Of a stretch of DNA of 64,000 bases, positions 62,255 to 64,000 are shown piece after piece. Source of the DNA: Octopus vulgaris (lineage: Eukaryota); the NCBI GenBank assembly GCA_951406725.2, contig OX597825.1:86366001-86430000 (forward strand). The letters are read 5' to 3'. The notes under the pieces were generated by a model. It searched no databases. It was not told where the DNA came from and saw only the letters and a list, made by a program, of their open reading frames with translations. Position 1 is the first letter of the stretch; the number at the start of each line of letters is the position of its first letter. Made by a program: the position numbers and the translations under genes.

Positions 62255-62562
62255 TTGTTAGACTCTATCTAATATGAGAGGAAGGGAGCAATTGGTGGCT
62301 GTGCATAGGATGGGAGAGGCAGCAGAAAGAGCCTCTTGTTGATTATGGAGCAAGAGGAATGAAGCTGGAAGCCAGGGGGAAGATGAAAAACGGGGACTTC
62401 ATCAGCTCTGCTGACCCATCATCGGGAGGTTGTTATGGTTTAGGGTTGAAGCGCCCAATGGTTGTTGGATACCATCTGATGACATCAATTCCTTCTGGTT
62501 AAAGATTCTTTCACTTTGGTGAGTGGAAAAGATGCACCTTCTTCCAGGTGTTATTAATAACA
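62255..62562 (+). mobile_element. 3' end of a HERO-like RLE non-LTR retrotransposon
   Basis: From 62274 it reads MRGREQLVAVHRMGEAAERASC*LWSKRNE, matching the EaAE.AS.WLW.kR C-terminus I recall for HERO-clade proteins (TGG>TGA at 62340). A short 3' UTR follows and ends at (TCTA)n. Confidence 0.7.
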
Positions 62563-62630
62563 ATCTATCTATCTATCTATCTGTCTGTCTGTTTGTCCCT
62601 CTGTCTATCTATCTATCTCTATATCTATAC
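62563..62630. repeat. (TCTA)n/(TCTG)n microsatellite
   Basis: Direct reading. Confidence 0.9.
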
Positions 62631-63304
62631 CCCCCCCACACACATAACTGTCTATGTGTATATATATTCCTAAACCCATGCTGTTCTGGTATTATAGTAA
62701 TTAAAATACTAAATGGCTGAGTTGCTTTCTAGACAAGTTACTCAACTCGAACTGTAATATAATGGATTGTCCTGTTAAAATGTCTTCATTTGTGTCAGGA
62801 AGATTAATGACATATTTTCATTCTTCTCCCCCAGTCTTTCTCCTTCTCTCTGATTCATTCAGTTTCTCTTTTCTTCTTCCTCTTTGCCTCTTTTCTCTAC
62901 ATACTTACAATGGTGGACATCAAAGATTAACTTCAAAGCAACATCTAGATGGTAATATGATGAACATTTCAAGCATTCTAGTTTGGTTTCTGTGTTTATC
63001 CTTTTTAATATTGATAACAGAAAGTGAAAAAGAAAGAAAAGCAAACAAATTGTGTTTGATATAAAAACGAATGTTCTTACAGGATTTTTGTTTTCTTATT
63101 TCTCTCACTTATTATCATCACTTATCAGATTAGTCTGGTTTTTAAGATATTAATTTTGAGATTTTGTCAAGCGACTTCATTCCCACATTAACCAAAAGTA
63201 AAACTAAATGACATTCATTGTATTTCTGTTATTCTCGATCCACTGAATCTTGTTTCTTTTCTAAAGTCTGGGCAATTAATCTGTCCATTATTATTATTAT
63301 TATG

Positions 63305-63720
63305 ATTATTTAATGTTCACTTTCCCATGCTTGTCTGGGTCAGATAGAATTTTATGAGACAGATTTTCTCCGGCTGGATACCTTTTCCTGTTGCCAATCC
63401 TCACCTGTTTCCAAACAAGGTAATATTTACCCATGGCTAGACATATTTTTCACAGAAGATTGGAAATGAATGAACACCATCACTTGTATGGTGGTGATGA
63501 TTGTTTACAACTGTCACATGATGTCAAGACAAGGCTACCCCCACCCACCCACACACACACACACACAGAACAAGCTTCTATCGGTGTATGTCTACCAAAT
63601 TCACTCACTAGACTTTGGCTGGCCCACAGCTACGGTAGAAGACATTTGCCCAAGGTGCTCCACACTGGAACTGAATCTGAGACCACATGGTTGGGGAGCA
63701 AGATTGTTAACCACACACAT
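63305..63720 (-). mobile_element. Composite SINE: family A head + (CA)n + tail type 2
   Basis: TTTAATGTTCACTTTCCCATGC..CAGATTTTCT..CCTGTTGCCAATCC..(CA)n..CTACCAAATTCACTCAC..GCCCAAGGTGC..CACATGGTTGGGGAGC..TAACCACAC. Confidence 0.85.
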
Positions 63721-64000
63721 TAAAATGTTTCCCATTGACACACTCAAACTAATATTGTTAGAGGTCAATGATTTCCACATTAAAACTTATTCTTTCTAAT
63801 AATCTCATGTTTTATATAAATCTGTGCCATGTTTGGTTTAGCAACATTGGTAATATTTATTATTTTAGCATCCTTAAAATTAAACAAGCAAATAAATATA
63901 ATAAATACAAAGGCTGTTTTCTTATGTAATTGCTTTTAATTAAATATTTACCTCTTGTATGATAATGTTTTAGCATTCTTTACTGCTATTTTTTTTCATG

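Noticed and set aside
1-64000. CRISPR arrays, operons, rRNA or other prokaryotic systems
   Set aside because: No regularly spaced repeat-spacer array, no gene-dense region and no rRNA-like sequence; the window is eukaryotic repeat-rich DNA.

Overview
AT-rich, CpG-depleted animal genomic DNA, most likely an octopus (coleoid cephalopod), judged from repeat families I recognise from memory and have not checked against a database. There is no intact protein-coding gene. Almost all ORFs in the track come from microsatellites or repeats. The window reads as intronic/intergenic sequence packed with several SINE families, MITEs (piggyBac-like, hAT-like, a fold-back mariner), non-LTR retrotransposon fragments (R4/Dong-like, HERO-like) and simple repeats. 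A few short + strand exon candidates (29466-29518, 31470-31508, 38212-38323, 56124-56141) suggest the window lies inside a large + strand gene. The two most unusual signals are hammerhead-ribozyme-like cores in mobile elements. The first lies in a tRNA-headed SINE with a Penelope-like tail, an inverted partial duplication and a 12-bp TSD (10594-11028). The second has a permuted, pseudoknotted strand order and sits in the 3' UTR of a HERO-like retrotransposon (62428-62486). Repeat boundaries were read by eye and are approximate (about +/-10-20 nt) unless TSDs or TIRs are quoted.
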